Assembly: GCA_035331565.1 (NCBI GenBank)
Contig: DAOLKO010000014.1
Span: 104,583-168,582 of the forward strand
Source: Blastocatellia bacterium
GTDB lineage: Bacteria > Acidobacteriota > Blastocatellia > RBC074
Reading direction: 5' to 3'
DNA length: 64,000 nt
Shown: positions 59,609-64,000 of the stretch, in pieces
Layout of the letters: each line of letters begins with the position of its first letter
How positions within the stretch are numbered: position 1 is the first letter of the stretch
Made by a program: the position numbers and the translations under genes
The notes under the pieces: generated by a model
Seen by the model: the letters and a program-made list of their open reading frames with translations, nothing else
Databases searched by the model: none
Told to the model about the DNA's origin: nothing

Positions 59609-61729
59609 ATGAAACCTAAGATTGCAACTCAGGCGAGTCGAATCATCGCCATCACGTTTGTCTTTGCGCTTGGCATTCTGCCGCTGACTTCAGGTGCGCA
59701 GGATCGGCTGAAGACGATGCCCGGTTACGAACGCTTCCAACAGATGAGCGGCAAAATCGCCGGCGCGGTCAAACCGGGAACGCTGACCGTGAAGTGGATC
59801 GAAGGCGGCAAGGCGTTTGAATATCAGAAGGACGGCAAGAACTATCGTTACGATCTGGCCGCGCGCAAAGCCGTCGAAGCGGAGCCTTCGTCGAATGCCG
59901 GGCCGAACGCGCCGAACAGATTCGGCGGACGCGCACAAGGCGTCGAGCGCGGACGGCAGGCGGCTTTTGCGATGTCGCCGGACGGCAAGCTGAAAGCTTT
60001 TTACCGCGACCGCAATTTGTGGCTGAGCGATGCCGGTGGCGGCAACGAAACCGCCATCACCACGGACGGCAGCGAAAAGACGCGCACCAAGTACGGTGTT
60101 GCCAGTTGGGTTTACGGCGAAGAATTGAGTCAAACCACAGCCATGTGGTGGTCGCCGGACGGCAAGCGAATAGCCTATTACCGCTTCGACGAAAGCCCGG
60201 TCAAAGATTACTTCCTGCAACTGGATCAAACCCAGTTGCAAAGCAAGATGGACATCGAAGCGTACCCCAAAGCCGGCACGCCGAATCCTGTGGCGGATTT
60301 GTTCGTCTACGATCTGGAAACCAAAAAGAGTACGCAGCTTGATGTCCGCGACGGCAAACCGTTCGAGAATTCCGTTGTCGGCCATTACGTCTACAACGTT
60401 CGATGGTCGCCGAACGGCGCGGAACTTCTCAGCAACCGCACCAACCGCCGGCAGAACATTATGGAGTTCACCGCCTGCAATCCGCAGACGGGCAAATGCC
60501 GCGTCATCGTTCGCGAAGAATGGCTGCCGAGTTGGACGGAAAACTCTCCGTCAATGCAGTACCTGAAAGACAACAACCGCTTCATCTGGCTGTCGGAGCG
60601 CAACGGCTGGAAGAACTATTACCTTTACGACCTGAGCGGCAAACTGATTGCGCCGCTGACCAATCATCAGTTTGAAGTTGCAAACATCGTCCGCGTGGAT
60701 GAAGAAGCCGGGCTGCTTTATTACATGGCGCGTAGCGGCGACAACCACATGAAGTTGCAATTGCACCGCGTGGGACTCGACGGCAAGGGCGACAAGCGAT
60801 TGACCGATCCGGCGCTGAATCATCAAGTGAACGTTGCGCCGGACGGCAAGCATTTCATTGACACTGCGCAAACCCACAACACGCCGCCTTTCGCGCAATT
60901 GGTGGACGCCGACGGCAAAGTGATCGAAGTGCTGGCCAAGAGCGACACTACGCAGTTCGATCAACTCGGATTGAAGAAAGTCGAGCTGTTCACTTTCAAA
61001 GCCGCTGACGGGCAAACAACGCTTTACGGCTTGCTGAACTTCCCGTCGAATTTCGATCCCAGCAAAAAGTATCCGGTGTTGATGAGCGTTTACGGCGGCC
61101 CGGCATCGGGCGGCAATGTGGCGCGCGAAACCTTTTCGCCGTCGAGTCCGATGACCGAATACGGTTTCCTGGTCGTCAATCTGGATTCTCGCGCCGCGCC
61201 CGGTCGCGGCAAGCGTGTGCTGGATGCGATCTATCAAAAGCTGGGCATGACGGAAATGGACGATATGGCCGAAGGCATCAAATCGCTCTGGAACCGGCCT
61301 TACTTCGACAAAAACCGCGTCGGCGTATTCGGCACATCTTACGGCGGTTATTCGTCGGCGATGCTGTTGCTGCGCCACCCGGAAGCATTTCGCGCCGCGT
61401 CGGCTTCATCGGCGGTGACTGCCTGGTATCACTACGATTCAATCTACACCGAGCGGTATATGTGGATTCCGCAGGAAAATCAGGCCGGTTACGAAGCGGG
61501 CAATGCGATGAAGTACGCCAACGATTTGAAAGGCCGGTTGATGATTTATTACGGCACGGCCGACAACAACGTCCATCCGAATAATTCGATGCAACTGATT
61601 CAAGCCTTGCAGCGCGCGGGCAAAAGCTTCGAGGTGCAGGTGGGGCCGGACGCAGGCCATTCCGGCATCAACATGAATCGGATGATGGAATTCTTCATCG
61701 AAAATCTGGTGGTCAAGGCGGGCGAATGA
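59609..61729 (+). CDS. Dipeptidyl-peptidase IV-like S9B peptidase
   Basis: GVASWVYGEE, YPKAGTPNP, VYGGP, GTSYGG, YTERYM, GTADNNVH, DAGH; GAGGAG RBS. Confidence 0.93.
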   Translation: MKPKIATQASRIIAITFVFALGILPLTSGAQDRLKTMPGYERFQQMSGKIAGAVKPGTLTVKWIEGGKAFEYQKDGKNYRYDLAARKAVEAEPSSNAGPNAPNRFGGRAQGVERGRQAAFAMSPDGKLKAFYRDRNLWLSDAGGGNETAITTDGSEKTRTKYGVASWVYGEELSQTTAMWWSPDGKRIAYYRFDESPVKDYFLQLDQTQLQSKMDIEAYPKAGTPNPVADLFVYDLETKKSTQLDVRDGKPFENSVVGHYVYNVRWSPNGAELLSNRTNRRQNIMEFTACNPQTGKCRVIVREEWLPSWTENSPSMQYLKDNNRFIWLSERNGWKNYYLYDLSGKLIAPLTNHQFEVANIVRVDEEAGLLYYMARSGDNHMKLQLHRVGLDGKGDKRLTDPALNHQVNVAPDGKHFIDTAQTHNTPPFAQLVDADGKVIEVLAKSDTTQFDQLGLKKVELFTFKAADGQTTLYGLLNFPSNFDPSKKYPVLMSVYGGPASGGNVARETFSPSSPMTEYGFLVVNLDSRAAPGRGKRVLDAIYQKLGMTEMDDMAEGIKSLWNRPYFDKNRVGVFGTSYGGYSSAMLLLRHPEAFRAASASSAVTAWYHYDSIYTERYMWIPQENQAGYEAGNAMKYANDLKGRLMIYYGTADNNVHPNNSMQLIQALQRAGKSFEVQVGPDAGHSGINMNRMMEFFIENLVVKAGE

Positions 61730-61855
61730 ACATTTCGACAAAACAAAGCAAGTTTCACTTCCCGGATAACAATTTTCCATTTGTGATATGAGATTTGAAA
61801 TTAGCTATTGGCCAGAATCAATGGCAAATGAAAAATTCCAACTGAGATATGGAAA

Positions 61856-62935
61856 ATGAAAAAACACTATAGTCTCTTTGGTATTGGATTGGTCATGCTG
61901 TCTATCAGCATTTTTGGCAGCAGCGTTCTTGGCCTTGCCGCCGAACCGCACTGGGTCGAACAAACCAGCGGAACGACGGCGCGGCTGCGCGGTGTGAGCG
62001 CCGTCAGCGATAAAATCGCCTGGGCGAGCGGCGCAAACGGCACTTGTTTGCGCACCATGGACGGCGGCGCAACGTGGCAGTTGTTGAAAGTGCCGGGCGC
62101 GGAAACGCTGGACTTTCGCGACGTGGAAGCCTTTGACGCCAACACTGCTTACCTGCTGAGCATCGGCGAAGGCGACAAGTCGCGCATTTACAAAACCACG
62201 GACGGCGGCCAAACCTGGAAGCTGCAATTCACCAATCGCAATCAGAAAGCCTTTTTTGACGCGATGGCGTTTTGGGATGTCAATCACGGCATCGCCGTCA
62301 GCGATCCGCCCGCCGACAGCAGTTTGAACGCAGGCCGCTTGCTGGTTATCAGAACCGTGGACGGCGGCGAGACCTGGCAGCAGGTTTCAGCTTCCAGCCT
62401 GCCGCCCGCAATGCACAAAGAAGCTGCCTTTGCCGCCAGCGGAACCTGCATCACCGTGCAAGGCCGCAAAAATGTCTGGATCGCCACGGGCGGCGGCGCG
62501 GCGCGCGTCTTTCGTTCCACAGACGCCGGCGACACCTGGCAAGTCTTCCCTACTCCCATTGCCGTCGGAAAACCTTCGTCAGGGATTTTCTCAGTTGCCT
62601 TCAAAGACGGTAAAAACGGCGTCATAGTCGGCGGCGATTACACCAACGAAGCCGAGGCTCGCGATCAAGTCGCCACCACCACCGACGGCGGCCAAACCTG
62701 GACGACGGCCAAAGCTTTGCCGAAACGCTTTCTTTCCGGCGCGGCATTTGCGGGCGGCAGAGATGCCCGTTTGATTGCCGTCGGCCCAGCCGGAACCGAC
62801 TTCTCCCTGGACAATGGCGCAAGCTGGACAAATTTGAGTACACCCGGCTATCACGCCGTCAGCTTCGCCGGAGCCGCCGGTTGGGCGGTGGGCGAAAGCG
62901 GACGAATTGGAAAGTATGACAACGGCAAGAAATAA
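61856..62935 (+). CDS. Secreted YCF48/BNR Asp-box repeat protein
   Basis: RTMDGGATW, KTTDGGQTW, RTVDGGETW, RSTDAGDTW, TTTDGGQTW; signal peptide. Confidence 0.88.
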   Translation: MKKHYSLFGIGLVMLSISIFGSSVLGLAAEPHWVEQTSGTTARLRGVSAVSDKIAWASGANGTCLRTMDGGATWQLLKVPGAETLDFRDVEAFDANTAYLLSIGEGDKSRIYKTTDGGQTWKLQFTNRNQKAFFDAMAFWDVNHGIAVSDPPADSSLNAGRLLVIRTVDGGETWQQVSASSLPPAMHKEAAFAASGTCITVQGRKNVWIATGGGAARVFRSTDAGDTWQVFPTPIAVGKPSSGIFSVAFKDGKNGVIVGGDYTNEAEARDQVATTTDGGQTWTTAKALPKRFLSGAAFAGGRDARLIAVGPAGTDFSLDNGASWTNLSTPGYHAVSFAGAAGWAVGESGRIGKYDNGKK

Positions 62936-62938
62936 ATC

Positions 62939-63104
62939 GAAGCCTGTGCAAATTGAACGTCAATGAAATCAACTGTTTCACACAAAGCCGCCAAGGCGCA
63001 AAGAAAAGAAAAAAGATGCCGGGATCTCCTGATTTGCCCTTTTGTTTCTTTGCGCCTTGGCGGCTTTGCGTGAGATTTAATTTGCACGGCCTCCAAATAA
63101 ACCC
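62939..63104. repeat. REP/MITE-like element, copy B, with outer terminal inverted repeats
   Basis: Outer GAAGCCTGTGCAAATT / AATTTGCACGGCCTCC (13 of 16 match) enclosing CACACAAAGCCGCCAAGGCGCAAAG ... CTTTGCGCCTTGGCGGCTTTGCGTG. Confidence 0.8.
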
Positions 63105-63127
63105 ACGTTCCCTGATGAGGATGATGG

Positions 63128-64000
63128 ATGGCAACGCTCTTCAAACCTTTTATTCCCGATGAAACCCGGCTGCGCGAATTAACAGTCGTGCCGCTGATTT
63201 TGGGCACGCTGCTCGGCATCGTCTTCGGCGCGTCTTCTTTGTACTTAGTGCTGAAAACCGGATTGACGGTGAGCGCCTCGATTCCCGTGGCGGTCATTTC
63301 CATCACGCTGTTTCGATTGTTTGCCAAATTCGGCGGGCGAAACGCGACCATTCTGGAAAACAACATCGTGCAAACCGCAGGCTCGGCGGGCGAATCCATC
63401 GCTTTCGGGTTCGGCGCGACGATGCCGGCGATTCTGATTCTGGGCTTCAACCTGGAAATCGTGAACGTCATGCTGGTCGGCGTGTTAGGTGGACTGCTAG
63501 GCATTCTGATGATGATTCCGCTGCGGCGCGCGCTGATCGTCCAGCAACACGGCGTGTTGAAATATCCTGAAGGCACTGCTTGCGCCGAAGTCTTGAAAGC
63601 CGGCGCTGACGACGAATCGCTGCGCGAAGCCGAACGCGCCGGAACAGCCGAAATCAGCGCCACGAAGATCGGCGCGAAAACCATCTTCACCGGCTTCGGC
63701 ATTGGGCTGGCTTATAAAGCGGCGATGTCGGCGTTCAAGCTGTGGAAAGAAGTTCCCGAACGAGTCTTCGGCGCGCCGTTTCGCAGCGGATCAGTGTCGG
63801 CGGAAATTTCGCCGGAACTGCTCGGAGTTGGCTACATCATCGGGCCGTACATCGCAGGGTTGATGGTCGGCGGCGGCGTGCTGGCGTATCTGGTGTTGAT
63901 TCCGGCCATACAGTTTTTCGGCGGCGCGATGAGCACGCCGGTCGCGCCCGGAACAAAACTCATCAGCGAAATGTCGCCGGACGACATTCGCAGCGCCTAT
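63128..64000 (+). CDS. OPT-family oligopeptide transporter; runs off the window end
   Basis: Hand translation MATLFKPFIP...LYLVLKTGLTVSASIPVAVIS...ILENNIVQTAGSAGESIA...IPLRRALIV...YPEGTACAEVL; GAGG RBS. Confidence 0.92.
   Translation, partial: MATLFKPFIPDETRLRELTVVPLILGTLLGIVFGASSLYLVLKTGLTVSASIPVAVISITLFRLFAKFGGRNATILENNIVQTAGSAGESIAFGFGATMPAILILGFNLEIVNVMLVGVLGGLLGILMMIPLRRALIVQQHGVLKYPEGTACAEVLKAGADDESLREAERAGTAEISATKIGAKTIFTGFGIGLAYKAAMSAFKLWKEVPERVFGAPFRSGSVSAEISPELLGVGYIIGPYIAGLMVGGGVLAYLVLIPAIQFFGGAMSTPVAPGTKLISEMSPDDIRSAY

Noticed and set aside
62851-63702. ORF 62851-63702 (-) and repeat-derived ORFs 62859-63134, 62953-63162 and 40388-40663
   Set aside because: Antisense to the OPT gene or read through the REP/MITE element (SHAKPPRRKETKGQIR recurs only because the DNA repeat recurs)

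Overview
GC-rich bacterial chromosomal window. Gene content and protein style suggest Acidobacteriota, probably Blastocatellia (inference): fused LptF-LptG, several PD40, BNR/Asp-box and PQQ propeller proteins, ECF sigma/anti-sigma pairs and two S9 peptidases. About 50 CDSs are supported. Core genes are a long RelA/SpoT homologue, rpsO-pnp, fused lptFG, glpD and squalene-hopene cyclase. No rRNA, tRNA, CRISPR array, integrase or complete DDE transposase was recognised. Most interesting observations: (1) an XRE repressor plus an ImmA/IrrE-type metallopeptidase with EExxH instead of HExxH, in an AT-richer patch, divergent from an ECF/ZAS/Spy-like operon with a palindrome between them; (2) an ECF sigma plus a stand-alone soluble anti-sigma domain, followed by a candidate ECF promoter and a multi-hairpin leader driving a secreted repeat protein; (3) an operon coupling a DUF3810 protein with a broken HExxH (HFxxH), shc and a SAM methyltransferase; (4) a Uma2 nuclease coupled to an orphan Trypco1 protein with no trypsin partner; (5) an Rpn/YhgA-like nuclease with 12-bp tandem repeats; (6) a 1933-aa zinc-ribbon polytopic membrane protein; (7) a 24-codon uORF overlapping a terminator-like hairpin before a B12 radical SAM gene; (8) two copies of a MITE/REP-like element and several other palindrome families. 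All annotations come from motif reading without database searches. Start codons were chosen by eye.
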